Assembly: GCF_006345805.1 (NCBI RefSeq)
Contig: NC_043010.1
Coordinates: 26,846,001-26,910,000 of the forward strand
Source: Octopus sinensis
Lineage: Eukaryota
DNA length: 64,000 nucleotides
Direction of reading: 5' to 3'
Position 1 is the first letter of the stretch; each line of letters opens with the position of its first letter. This document shows positions 14,940 to 27,759 of this stretch, one piece after another. A model generated the notes under the pieces. The model saw only the letters and a list, made by a program, of their open reading frames with translations, had not been told where the DNA came from and searched no databases. The position numbers were made by a program, and so were the translations under genes.

Positions 14940-15480
14940 CTACATTTCAACCGTAGTTAACCATTCCTTGCAAGTCTTGCTATTGTTTTCCATTCTTCCT
15001 TACTGAGGTTTGTATCATCTGAGAGTTGATCAAGAAATGTTTGGGCAGGTTTCCTTCTCCTGCATCACCCATGAGTTGGTTCCCACAATATTATTTTCTG
15101 TATATCGTCCTGCTTTCTTCCCCAGCAATGTCCTGCAAATCATAACCGTCTTTGAGCAATTGTAGTTGTTATCTTAAGCAAGTTTCTTTATTAACTTTCA
15201 TTTGTAATTCGTTGATACCATTTCATATTTTGTACAACCATAAACATTTTAGAGTGTGGTGTATGCACCATCTGGTTTCTTCTCAAGTGCTTGTGTCAGA
15301 GTCCATCTACCTGATCCATACAACAACACTGACCAAACAGATTTTCTGGAGAATGATAATTTGATTTTTGTGAGTAGACCTGGGTTCCATATCTTATCCA
15401 TTTTGTTCATGGCAGCCCAGGCTTCGGTAATTCTACTATCAATGTCTTTTTCTGATGATCTTGTCCAACTGCCCACACTG
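14940..15480 (-). mobile_element. RTE-clade LINE fragment (second subfamily)
   Basis: SSEKDIDSRITEAWAAMNKMDKIW..SVLLYGSGRWTLT..DGAYT. Confidence 0.8.
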
Positions 15481-18400
15481 ACACATAAACACACACACAC
15501 ACACACATATCTTATAATGGGGTAGGCCAGTTTATGGGGTTACCCTGGGTTTCATGCTCATAAGGGCGTATCTTCAGACCCCAAACACTGCTGGCCTGAG
15601 ACCTCTTTAAAATATATGGTGGGGGGAAGCATTGTTTTTAAGGATAAAACCCTAGGTGATTATCTCCCTTTGCCATTGTCCATCGCTATTCAGCCATGCA
15701 GACATCTTGTGGTCACCAAAGCACCACGGAGGTAAACAATTGTCTCCCTTCAATCTTGGCTATTGGTTTCTGGCTGTGGTGCCTCTGACATTTTGAAATC
15801 CTCATGGCACCACAGCCAGAAATATATAAAACACCTGAAAGTCATAGACCAGGTGAGACAATTGACCTTGGATCAAACCCAAGAATGGTGGATACCAATA
15901 TTTCATCATCATTGTGGCTTATCAACATCACACACTTGGACTGAACTGAAGATGAGCTGAATCCCCAGTCTATGATTATATATTCAAACAGTGTGAAAAA
16001 CTATTCAATGATGTGCTGTGATGATGCACAAGTAAAAGTTAATGTGTGTGTGTGCTTGTTTATATATATGTATGTTAATCGAAGTGTACAGTATCATATA
16101 TCTATTATGGCTGATCTTACTGATCAGTTTCACACTAAGAATTCAACAGAGTGCTAGATAATAATCCAGTTATGTAACCCTGCTCTCTTCAGAGATAGCA
16201 GTTATGGAATGAAATATGGTAAATGCATTTTTCCTGATTTATGGATTCTTAGACTGCCATGTGTATATATATGTATGTGTGTGTGTGTGTGTGAATAGAT
16301 ATTATATGTTGAAGCATGGAAACAGGAGTATGTTTAAGAAGAAATATGGATCCATGGAACTGTAACTGCTTGACTCAGTTTTGAAACTAATTCTTTTCAG
16401 GTGTCACAGGTAGAGCTGTAAACAAATGTAATTAACATACCTAATTATTTATATATTCATTATTCTCATTCCATTGCACATTGCATTGCTATCTAATTGG
16501 CTGATTCATTCAGCCTTTACCATTCCCCCTTTCTTCATTCCAAGCTTCACAAACTGCTTCTGAATATCACTTCTAAAAAATTCTCAACAGACAAAATAAT
16601 CCATTCCTTTCTCACTTTTAGATTAATATATGAGGGAACCAATTATTGTTAATTGATTGTTCCTTCATTATGTTTAAATTGCTGCTAATTTGGTTTGCTT
16701 TTTTTTATGTAATTTATTAAATAAAGGCACAGATATGGCTGTGTGGTAAGACGTTTGCTTCCTAGCAGCATGATTCCAGGTTCAGTCCCACTGTGTGGTA
16801 CCCTGGGCAAGTGTCTTCTACTATAGCCTCGGGCTGACCAAAGCTTTGTGAGTGGATTTGGTAGATGGAAACTGAAAGAAGCATGTCGTGTGTGTGAGTG
16901 TGTGCATGTGTGTGTGAGAGAGAGAGAGAGAGAGAGTGTGCATGTGTGTGTGTGTGTGTGTTTGTCTTCCACTACTGCTGGACCCAGGATCATGTGCTTG
17001 GTAAGTAAACTACTGACCAGCCACATGTACCTGATATATTTTAAACCACAGGTATGCTCAATCAGGACTAACCTGACATTAAACAACCACAACACATTAA
17101 AGCCTTCTGCTTCTTTCAACAAAATGTTTGTATTCCACCATGGAATGGTGACCAGATATTTCTTGGCACTCTTGTAGTCTCCAGGAATGGACGGATCATC
17201 TTGTATCCTTTCAGGTAATCAATCCAAAAGCCTGTTGCTAGGCTCTTCTTCCTATTTTCCATTTCCAGATGCATCATTTTTAACAGTGCACAGTAGATCA
17301 CCTGCCAAGAGTCACTAGATCAATCACCTTTTGACCTTGATCACTTTCTCCATCTTTTCCTTTTCTCAGGAAGTAGATATTCCATTATCGTGAAGAAATA
17401 CATTACATTATGTGTGTGTAGTTGTTGTTACATCAGCAGTAAACATATTGAAGGGATGCTTGCTTCGATCCCTTCTTCTATAAAAACAGTTCTTTCCTTT
17501 TGATATTGGTTTGTTTGTTATTCCCAGAGCAGCTCTGATCCCGCAAGCCTATGACCAAAGACCTCCCCACTCTGCTACCACTGCCATTGTTGTTGTTGTT
17601 TATCCCAGGTCAGCCTTGACCTAACAGCAGCAACATGAGGAGCAACAAGAACAAAAACAAACTTGAACCAAACCAACTTGCTGTCATTCTTCGGAGCTGA
17701 AGTGGAATTGCAGAGAGCAACTGCAACAATCAGGTTCTCTGCAGTTTCATTTCCACTTGGAAATGAGTTAACGGAATTCATCCAGAGACACAAAGATATA
17801 GCAGCAAATGATGGAGAAATAGATGATTCCATTCTGAAGACAAAAAGCAGATTTCTGATACAAGCAATATTAGGAGTCTATTAAGAATCTATGTAAAGGT
17901 CCCTGCTAAATGTTGGCGATTTTTTAAAGTATCCTAAAGGTGAAGGTCCTTCAGTGCCACAACTGGAAAACAGATTTTGCTCTACAGTTCTATATTCAAG
18001 AGATGAGGAATTATTTACATTATTTACATTTCACGGATATCTGTCATCATCTTGTTTCTTGTTAATACAATGTTTTGGCTGATATACCCTCCAACCTTCA
18101 TCAGGTGTCTTGGGGAAATTTTGAACCTGGGTTCTCATTCATAAGGTATTTTTCGATATTATTATTATTATTATCTCTTATTATAAAAGGCAGATTTTAT
18201 CTGCCTCCCTTTGGGAGTTATAGAAATCTACAATATAGGATTTCTTCAATTACAATTTACCTAGAATTTTTAAGAGTAGAATGCATCGCGTCATGCCAGG
18301 TCCAGTTTTTAAAATTTAAACTCCAATTAAGCAAAATTTACAGAAAACTCACATTCTGGTGTGTGTGTCAAATGCTTTTCTTAGTCTGGTTTACACCACA

Positions 18401-18926
18401 CGCAAACGCACATACACAGTGTGCAACGAATAAAATGAAAGTAAATAGCGACAGAGTGATTTGAGGAAGACTAAACTGAAAGTATTTAAACCACTACTCA
18501 AAAAATAAAAAAACACAGCAAACAGAAACAAATAAATACATAACCATTTACTCCTCACACAATTTCTTCAATTAGAATTTACCTAAGATTTTTCAAAGTA
18601 CTCCATTCGCTCATGCCATAATATATTTCTTTCAATTTCACCCCCAATTAAGACAAAATTCGAGAAAACTCAATATTTTAACATTTCACTTTGAAGCCTT
18701 TACTCTGCCTATTACTCCAACTTCCTCTTTAGACACATAGACACGCTAATATATATGACAGTGTCAATTGTTGACAGACATTGTAAGCTAACGTGTGTGT
18801 GTGTCTGTGTGTGTGTGTGCGTGTGTCTGTGCGTGTGTGTGTGTGTGTGTGTGTGTGACAGGGGTGAGCCATTCAGACTGGTCATCCATTTTGGCGAGAA
18901 GATCCCTTATTGTCTTTTATGCTACA

Positions 18927-19136
18927 TCACTGGTTTTCAGTTCAAGAAGGACTATTCATTATAATACATCAGTTCCACACATTTACCCTGGATTCCATTT
19001 CGGACAACTGCACAAACATTTGCCATTTACACCACTGGTTTTCAGTTCAAGAAGGACTATTCATTATAATACATCAGTTCCACACATTTACCCTGGATTC
19101 CATTTCGGACAACTGCACAAACATTTGCCATTTCAC
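18927..19136. repeat. 105-bp tandem duplication in the Helitron 5' region
   Basis: cactggttttcagttcaagaagg...catttgccattt starts at 18928 and again at 19033. Confidence 0.9.
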
Positions 19137-19481
19137 ACATGTATGTAAACAAATTCCTTTCTTTAAAAAATTTCAATTCATTTTCTTTTTTCAATTTACG
19201 TTTCTATACACTTTACGCAAATATTTGATTAAACAACTAAAACACTTCACATTTCGAACATGTACGTAAACTATTCCTTTATTGCAAATCTAACTTTCTT
19301 TTCTGGCTTTTAACTCAAATTTCTATACATTTTACACACTCTGTCGCTATACTTGCATAAAAAATTTCTTTCAGCTGCTAATATTTATTTCTTTTCCTTC
19401 CACGCTTTACATTTTTCCACATTTCATTCAAATTACAATTTCTATCTTTAAGTAACTTTCACCCTTTCTTTTTCACATAAA

Positions 19482-20980
19482 ATGCCACCGAAAAAGAGAA
19501 GTCACATCGGCCGCCATACTGCAGCAGCAGCTGCGAAAAAGGCGAAGCGCAGCGCCATAAATGCTTCTGCTGTTGCTGCACAAAGAGCTTCAGAGGACCC
19601 ACAACAAAGGGCCACTCGACTGGCTACAAACGCTGTGGTTGCTTCATACGATGCTGCTTCCACGGCTTCAGATGGTCCGGAAACAAGGTCAAAGCGCAGC
19701 GCCATAAACGCTTCTGCTGTTGCTGCACAAAGGGCTTCAGAGGACCCACAACAAAGGGCCACTCGACTGGCTACAAACGCTGCGGTTGCTTCATACGATG
19801 CTGCTTCCACGGCTTCAGACGGTCCGGAAACAAGGTCGAAGCGCAACGCCATAAACGCTTCTGCTGTTGCTGCACAGAGGGCTTCAGAGGACCCACAACA
19901 AAGGGCCACTCGACTGGCTACAAACGCTGCGGTTGCTTCATATGATGCTGCTTCCATGGCTTCAGACAGTCCGGAAACAAGGTCGAAGCGCAGCGCCATA
20001 AACGCTTCTGCTGTTGCTGCACAAAGGGCTTCAGAGGACCCACAACAAAGGGCCACTCGACTGGCTACAAACGCTGCGGCTACTGCTGCTTCAACATTTT
20101 CGACACATTCCCACGACTCAGACCAGCAACGTTCTACATTCCAGCGGAACAGTCGACGCCGCGGTCTGACGAGTCCAAACAGACCTTACTGGCATCTACG
20201 TGCTTTCAAGTATGAGCCCAACTTCAATTACTCGATGCACGCTGACATAAATATTGGGGAAATGTTCTTCAATTGCCAATTCTGCAATGCTAAAAAGTGG
20301 GCTGGGGAACCACCTGCGATGTGCTGCTTAAACGGTAAGGTCAGCTTGCCCCCTCTTCGGGAGCTGCCAGACCTTTGAAGGAATTACTTACTGGTTCCAC
20401 CTCAAGGTCATCAAAATTCCTTCAACTCATCAGGAAATACAATTGTGCATTTCAGATGACTTCTTTCGGGGCTAACGTTGTCAGAGAAACTGGTTGGATG
20501 CCTACTTTCAAGGTCCAGGGCCAGGTGTACCACCTTATTGGGTCACTCCAGCCACTACAAAATTGCAAACCTTCGTTCCTTCAAATTTATTTTATTACAA
20601 ATTATAATAGGCAACTTGATTTGCATTTCGACGTAATTCCACAACATGCAAACACTAACGCTGACAATTTCGACAGGGACGTGCTGCTCACTCTGCAAAA
20701 CATGCTTCATGACCACAACAGCTATATTCGCAGTTTCAAATACGCCTTGAAAACAGCCCCTTCACCAACATTCACCATTGTCATCGATGCTGACAAAAGG
20801 CCTTCTGGGGAGCACGCGCGGCGATATAACGCTCCTTCATGCAGAAATCCACTCTCTTTTAACACAGCATCAAGTTTTGTAACAGCACATCCGCTGCCGT
20901 TCGTGCAAAACGAAGAGACCCTATTCACCTGCGAACGTTTTACATCGCCTTCCATGACTATCAAATTCTTACAATTATGA
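19482..20980 (+). pseudogene. Helitron RepHel N-terminal fragment, frameshifted and truncated
   Basis: CxxC...CCxxG zinc motif (CQFCNAKKW..EPPAMCCLNGKV), then IRKYNCAFQMTSFGA, FKVQGQVYHLIGSL and FLQIYF, typical of Helitron proteins. 1-nt frameshift near 20375. Homology stops after RRYNAPS, with no Rep catalytic or PIF1 helicase motifs. Confidence 0.85.
19545..20080 (+). repeat. 147-bp (49-aa) coding tandem repeat, about 3.6 copies
   Basis: Units start at 19545, 19692, 19839 and 19986 and are near-identical. Confidence 0.95.
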
Positions 20981-21203
20981 GAACAATAACATGGCTCATT
21001 TCAAGGCAACCTCACATTCAATTCTTACACCATTCTACGAGGGGGTAGGAACACCTTTACATGGCTTTCTATACACTTACAAATACATTCATTTGCCGTG
21101 AACTTATATCAATATTTGCCTGAATAATCATCATAATTCAGTGCAATCATTAACAGTACTTTCAAGCAATTCAGCCCCAAGCAACGCCGGGCAATTCTGC
21201 TAG

Positions 21204-21552
21204 TCTCTATATATATAAACAGCAAAATGTCTGTCTGTCTGTGTGTGTCCTTTATACAAATCCACAATTTTTCAGTTAGAGGGCTTGCACTTTCTATGGT
21301 CATTCAAAACCGTCCAAAGGTGGTCGTGCACATCTTTACATTTCCCCAATCACCCTGCAGAGCCATTAAAAAAATCAATAGAAGTGACTTTTTTGTGAAT
21401 TTTCTATCCAAAACCCAATCAAAATGCCCGAAACTTGATACGCCAATTGAATGCCAGCTAGCTGCATGTGATTGGTCAGAGATTTGGACAGTACTCGCAT
21501 GTATGTGCGCACGCACGCAGCTGTATATGCATGCACTAGCAGTATGACCCGG
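21204..21552 (+). mobile_element. Non-autonomous Helitron (family B), 3'-truncated
   Basis: 5' TCTCTATATATATAAACAGCAAAATGTCTGTCTG. Ends in catgcactagcagtatgacccgg, which matches the subterminal sequence of the 48456-51429 element but lacks the final hairpin half and CTAG. Confidence 0.65.
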
Positions 21553-23944
21553 TGCTGTTGTACAAGTGAATGTCTAAAAAAAAAAAAGAAAAGAAAAACC
21601 GAAAATTATGTTTGTTTTAAACATTGAGATTACATAGAAAGTATTTTGTGTAGGATATGAGCAGCTCCCATGAGCACTATCTTTTGAATTTCTGCCATTT
21701 TTGGGTTTCCTGGTATCTGAGTTAGGTAGCAATCAGCCCCTTTTGCTATCATTCCCAGGGCACCTATGACAACAGGTATTGTTTTAGTCTTCAGGTTCCA
21801 CATTTTGCTGATTTCTATTTCAAGATCTTTATATTTGCTCAGTTTTTGGTAGGTCTTGACAGATACGTTTATATCGAATGGGACAGTCATATCAATGAGG
21901 AGGCATGTTCTTTGTCTGAAGTCTTTCAATATGATGTCTGGCCTATTTGCATCTATCTTTCTGTCAGTTTGAATGGTGAAGTTCCAGAGGAGTGAGATGT
22001 GGTCATTTTCAAGCACTGGAGGTGGTTTGTGTTCCCACCAGTTTTTTTCATGGGGCAAATTACCCAGTGAATATATTGTGCAGCTCTATCATGCCCGTTG
22101 AGATACTTTGTAGGCACTAGAAGACTGCACTTGGAGACAACATGATCAATGGTTTCATTTTGTTATTGACATACACGACATGTTGGGCTACTGCCGTTCT
22201 TTAATATGTTGGCCTGGTAGTTTCTTGAGCTGCTGTGATAAACTCTTCTGTTTCAGATTTTAAGCCAGAGGCCATTAGCCATTGATGGGTCAGGGCTTTG
22301 TCAACATCTGCATTATTCGCTCTCTTTGGGTATTTGCCATAGAGAGGTTTTTCTTGCCATTTATCATTCAGAATATCTAGGGCCGCAGTTTTAGCACGGG
22401 TTTTCATACGCTTAGCTTTTTCTGTGCTTGTTTCTTGTATGTCTAATTCCGAAATTTGTTGTATTCGGAATTCACTTATATATTCCTTTGCCTGTTTTGT
22501 TACTGAGTATGACGCTTTCTTGTTTTCATGTTTTGAGACAAGTTTTAACATCCAGTCCTCAGAGTTTTTCAGGTAGGTGTCTAGGCCAATTGTAGCAATC
22601 TTCATTGTTATTGCCAGTTGTAAAAGTCCACGGCCTCCCTCTTCAATCCTGTTTCTCGCATTCAGCTCTGTCTTGAGTATTGCTCTTATTCTGCGATAAC
22701 ATTCTCTCCTGATCCTTTCTTTCATCACTGAATGCCTTATTCCGTCCCCTTCAATTACCCCTAGGTACTTGTAGCTCTCTGCTGGGTCTAATTCTTTTAT
22801 GATATTCTGCTGGTCAAGGTTAATGTTAGATGTTTCTGTCATTTTTCCTTTGATAAAGGTAGCTTTTGCACATTTATCGAGGCCAAATTGCATTCTGATG
22901 TCATCACTGAATTGTTTAACAATCGCTAGTAAGCCCTTGAGTTGTTGGTCGTTTTTTGCAAAGAGCTTTAAATCATCCATATAAATGAGATGATTTATAT
23001 TTTTATCAAACATTTTATATCTGTACTGTGTGTCATTGAGCAATTTTGAGAGAGGCATCAAGGCTAAACAAAAGAGGAGTGGTGATAGTGAGTCACCCTG
23101 GAAAATGCCACATGAAATTTTTACATCACCAGCATTCGGAGATTCATTGTCACTGTTCAAAGTTAGTGTGGTTCTCCATGATCTCATACTTACAGACAAA
23201 AAGTTTCGCAGAGTAGGCGCTATTTTATACATTTCCAGGCATTTCTTTATCCAGCTATGTGGTAGGCTATCAAAAGCCTTTTTATAGTCTATCCAGGCTA
23301 TTGATAAGTTTTTGTGTCGTTTGTGACAATCTTCTAAGATCATCTTATTGATGAGTAGTTGATCTTTACAACCATAGGATCCATGTTTACATCCTTTCTA
23401 TTCATTAGGGAATATGCTGCTGTCTATTAAAAAAACTATAGGTATATTCCGTCAGGACAGATGTTAGCGTTTTATACAAAGTTGTTAAGCAGGTTATGGA
23501 TCTATAGTTTTTGGGTTCATTTGTTTCTTCACTTTTTGGAAGCAGGAATGTTAACCCATTAACTAGCCAAGGAGGCATCCTACTAGAGTGTTGCAAAACA
23601 TCATTATAAAGGTCTGTTAGCAGTTCGTGGCTCTCTGGGAAGGCATTCAACCAGAAGTTAGGAATTTTATCCTTTCCTGGAGACTTCCATTTGCTTGACC
23701 TCCTGAGAGCAGATCTTATATCTTTTACCTTGACACCCTCCCACTTTTGTTCTTCTAAGGAGTCCAGTTCTGTAGATATTCTATCAATCCAGGGGTCCTT
23801 TTCGTTGTGTGTTTTTTCTTCTGCCCAAATTTTATTCCCAAATCCCTGCACTTCTTCATTTGATGGTAAAGACTTTACAGTAACTGGTGTTTTTCCTATC
23901 TTCCTGTAAAAATTTTTGGGGTTATTTTTGAACATGTTGTTGTC
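21553..23944 (-). mobile_element. Dong/R4-clade non-LTR retrotransposon, 5'-truncated and degenerate
   Basis: RT fragments 23405-23943 and 22201-23343 ([17 protein letters not shown]). CCHC motif CRVC..ETIDHVVSKC at about 22090-22190. Restriction-like endonuclease NRPDII..IDMTVP..KLSKYKDL at 21630-22058. Internal deletion at NRIE|EGGRGL. 5' end abuts (TAA)n. Confidence 0.92.
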
Positions 23945-23961
23945 TATTATTATTATTATTA

Positions 23962-23992
<31 letters not shown>

Positions 23993-24299
23993 CATTCAGG
24001 TCACTGCCTAGAATTGAACTTGGTTTCTTGGGGTTAGTAGCCCATGCTCTTAACCACTACACCATAATAATAATAATAATAACATCAAAAATTACCTTAG
24101 GAATGAGAACTCAGGTTCGAAATTCCCCCACCTGATGAAGGCTGGAGGATATATCAGCTGAAATGTTGTGTTAACAACAAACAAGAAGAGGCCAAATATT
24201 CGTCATATGTAAATAATGTAGATTTTGCTCTGTTTGTTGTAATTGTTATAAAATTTACTTTAACTCTTTTGATGCAAACTTGCTTGAGACCACCTTTGG

Positions 24300-24556
24300 T
24301 TCTATGATACAAACTTTCTGCTTTAAATTGGTCATAACCAATTCGCATTATTCTACCAAAATTAATGCTTTTTCATCCACATTGCCTTGAACTAATCAGG
24401 CATTATCTTGTAGCTTTGAGATTTTGATGAGGTAGCTGTTAATTTTTAAAACGATATTGTAGGGTTGGTGTGAGAGACTAGATCTGGCCAGTTTGAATAT
24501 AAAACAGGCAGAATACTTTTGGCCGGATAAGGCTGGTTTAAATGCTAAAGGGTTAA
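24300..24556. mobile_element. piggyBac-type MITE
   Basis: Ends in gtttaaatgctaaagggTTAA. Related ends occur near 5222 and 12690. Confidence 0.6.
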
Positions 24557-26471
24557 GCAAAACCATTCACCAACATTTCATATTAATCTATGCACCAAAC
24601 ACCACTTTGATAACAACAAAGTTATTTTATTAAATTCTTTATAATTTTCCAAATTAGTGAAACAAATGCCATGTATTTTAATAAAAATATGTTAACAAAA
24701 GAGTTAAAGTGATCTAAATTAGAACACTGCATCAAGATTTCATGTTAATCTATCTTCCAGACACCATTTTGATAACGACAAAGTTATTTTGCTAAATTCT
24801 TTGTTATTTTCAAATTTATTGAAACAAATGCAGTGAATTTCAACAAAAGGATTAAACAGTTCTTGACAAATATTTCTTTCTCTTACACTTAAATTCTTAT
24901 AATTCTCTATAAATGTGGAGATTTTCGTAAAAAACAATTCTTAAGATCTGAATTATCAACAGCTTAAACGATGTACATAGTTTATTCTCCTCTTTCACAA
25001 GACGTAATTAAGAGCAGATATGTTTAAATGCAAACAGTCTGGAGTCAGTGTGAAACCAGGCACACCTGCTAAATGACTTCAGGTCACTGAATCAAGATGT
25101 GGATAGCCATCAGTAATTTGAATACAGACTTTTTCTTCCCGAGACAAGCCCTTTTCAACTTCTTCAAGTTCTAATCAAAGCAGAAAGAAGAGGGTTCCAA
25201 CCAGAAAATGTTATGAAAACTGAATGACAATAACAACATGGGGACATGGCTTAAAAGGCTGATCTTACCTTTGCCATTTGTAGGTTGATAGTAAGAACTA
25301 AGAAAAGGCATCTCTATTAGGTGTGTGTGTTGGGTGGGGGGTCAGGGTGTTCTGGGAGGGAGAGGGTTGCACTTCAAATCATTCCATGTTGCTACCCACC
25401 CTAATTCAGGGTATTCTTTCTTGTTCATCTTCTAATGTTCTTTATCCTTAGTACTAGAAAAACTGGTGAGGCTGAATGGGTCTCTTGTGAAAATGCTTTC
25501 CTATGTAGGATGAAAGAAACTAGAAGAGGGCAATTCTGATGCCTTAGATATGGCAGAGTAATCTGGGACTTTTCATGTGGAGTCCCCCCCCCCCAAAAAA
25601 AAAATTACCATAGATGAACTGTTCCATTATCTGGGGTTTCTATTTATTTATTTTTCCATATATAATAAACAGCTGATCTTGTGTTGTTTTCCTTTAAACT
25701 CATTCCTAAATATTCCTTTTCTCAGTCGCAATGTTAAAGAAATCCTGCATAGAACAAACAGTAAAAGAGACATGATGCTTCCTTGAAAGATCCTTTTCTT
25801 GATTCTAGATCTCCCTGGGTTCTATCTATGTCTTCCAACTCTTCATGTCTTTTTCTCAAAAATTCCAAACATGTTCAAACATTCAGTGATCCATAAATGT
25901 GGTCTTTGTTACAGGTCTCTGCATTTCTGAGTTCAAATCCCACCAAAGTCAGCTTTGCATTTATATTTTTGGGGAATTGATGAAGTAAAGTATGAGTGAA
26001 GTACAGGGTCAATGATTTTGACAGAACCCCTGCCATTCAAAACTGCTGGACCTGTCCCAAACTTTGAAGCCATTGTTATGATTATTATTTGATTTGGCTC
26101 AGGATTGGTCTTATTCCTGGTAGAATTTATGTGGGTTGCAGGTTACTACCTGCAACCTTAGGTATCCACAACCTTTAAATAATCTTTTAAGTGTTCAAAA
26201 CCCTTCTGATAATCATTCCTGTCCGTAAGAGGCAAACATTCTGTAGAAGCTCTACAGGACATTCCATTCCAATCTCCTTCAACCATTTGTCTATACCATT
26301 ATTCACAGCCCCTAATATGCCAATTATAACAGGCACAATCTCTACAGATTTCATATTCCAAATTCCTGCAATTTCAGATTATAAGGGACTGTGTCTTTTT
26401 TATTTTTTGTCTTCTTCTTCTTCTCCTCCTCCTCCTCCTCATCATCATCATCATTATCATCATCATTATCA

Positions 26472-26503
<32 letters not shown>

Positions 26504-27759
26504 ATAATAATAACAATAATAATAATAAAGGCTGGCGAGCTGGCAGAAACATTAGCATGCCGGGTGAAATGCTTAGCAGTATTTCGTCTGTCTTTACATT
26601 CTGAGTTCAAATTCTGCCAAGGTCGACTTTGGCTTTCATCCATTCAGGGTCGATAAATTAAGTACCAGTTGCATACTGGATTCGATCTAATTGACTAGCT
26701 CCCTCCCCCAAAATTTTGGGCCTTGTGCCTAGAGTAGAAAAGAATATTATTATTATTATACATATTTTCAATGTTTTGCAACCCCTTTTATACAACACAG
26801 TTTATATTGTACACAAAGGACCTTAAGACCAATAAAGAAAAGATTGTTGTTGTTGCTGTTGTGGCTGCTGCTTGATCAAAATGAACAGCAACCCAAGACA
26901 CCCCAGCCAAGATCTCTGCTTTGTTTTTTTTTATTTTTTATTTTTCTCTTCAGACATGGTATATCTAGCACTGTGTCATCCAGTGGACCACTCCTTTTGC
27001 TTTGAGGTAGCAGGATGTAATTAGAGGGAGATTTAGCTGTTATTTGAAGGAGACTTAATCACTACATAGATATTTCCACATCATGTTGTTGTTCCTTGCT
27101 GAACAGGGTATTGATAAAAGAAACCATTATATAAGACAGAAACAGATGAGCAACAGATTAACCTTTTTTCGATACCAAACCACTTGTGCTCATCCATGCT
27201 CCTATGATATAAACACTCTTTTTTACTTCTCTACTATTCATATTGTTCCATCAAATATGTAATGCATATTTATTCACATCGTTTTGAATTACATCGTGTT
27301 ATCGAAAGGTTCCTGAACCAGTTGTGTTTAATAAAAAATAACTTATTTTACTTGTTTACTCTTTCACTTGTTTCAGTCATTTGACTGTGGCCATGCTGGA
27401 GCACTGCCTTTAGTCGAGGAAATCGACCCCAGGACTTATTCTTTGTAAGCCTAGTACTTATTCTATCGGTCTCTTTTACCTAACCGCTAAGTTACAGGGA
27501 CATAAACACACCATCATCGGTTGTCAAGCGATGTTAGAGGAACAAACAAACACACACAAACATATACACACACATACATATACATATATACAATGGGCTT
27601 CTTTCAGTTTCCGTCTACCAAATCCACTCACAAGGCTTTTGTTGGCCTGAGGCTATTGTAGAAGACACTTGCCCAAGGTGCCATGCTGTGGGACTGAACC
27701 TGGAACCATGTGGTTGGTAAGCAAGCTACTTACCACACAGCCACTCCTGCACCTATTTA

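Larger units (their letters stand above)
18174..21203 (+). mobile_element. Internally deleted Helitron (family A) with RepHel N-terminal ORF
   Basis: 5' A|TCTCTTATTATAAAAGG. 3' hairpin CCCCAAGCAACGCCGGG then CTAG|T. About 3.0 kb and carries the RepHel remnant. Confidence 0.85.
17984..24219 (-). mobile_element. tRNA-headed, hammerhead-containing element, copy 1, split by nested insertions
   Basis: 12-bp TSD AGATTTTGCTCT at 17972-17983 and 24220-24231. Own sequence is 17984-18173 (tail and HHR, minus) plus about 23945-24219 ((TAT)n, tRNA-like head on minus, inverted HHR/tail on plus). Confidence 0.8.

Noticed and set aside
16085-16218. Candidate upstream CFAP99 exon (YHISIMADLTDQF..; 26-nt microexon 16193-16218)
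   Set aside because: In-frame TAG at 16155, weak acceptor and wrong register. Exon 29397-29538 fits that part of the protein much better.
19502-20056. 184-aa antisense ORF with repeats
   Set aside because: Shadow of the 147-bp coding repeat in the Helitron ORF.
25040-25315. Two minus-strand exon-like pieces (MPFLSSYYQPTNGK / ELEEVEKGLSREEK..) and a plus-strand LLNDFRSLNQDVDSH similarity to the CFAP99 start
   Set aside because: The minus product stops after about 45 aa with no homology. The plus segment is bounded by stops and has an incompatible donor phase.
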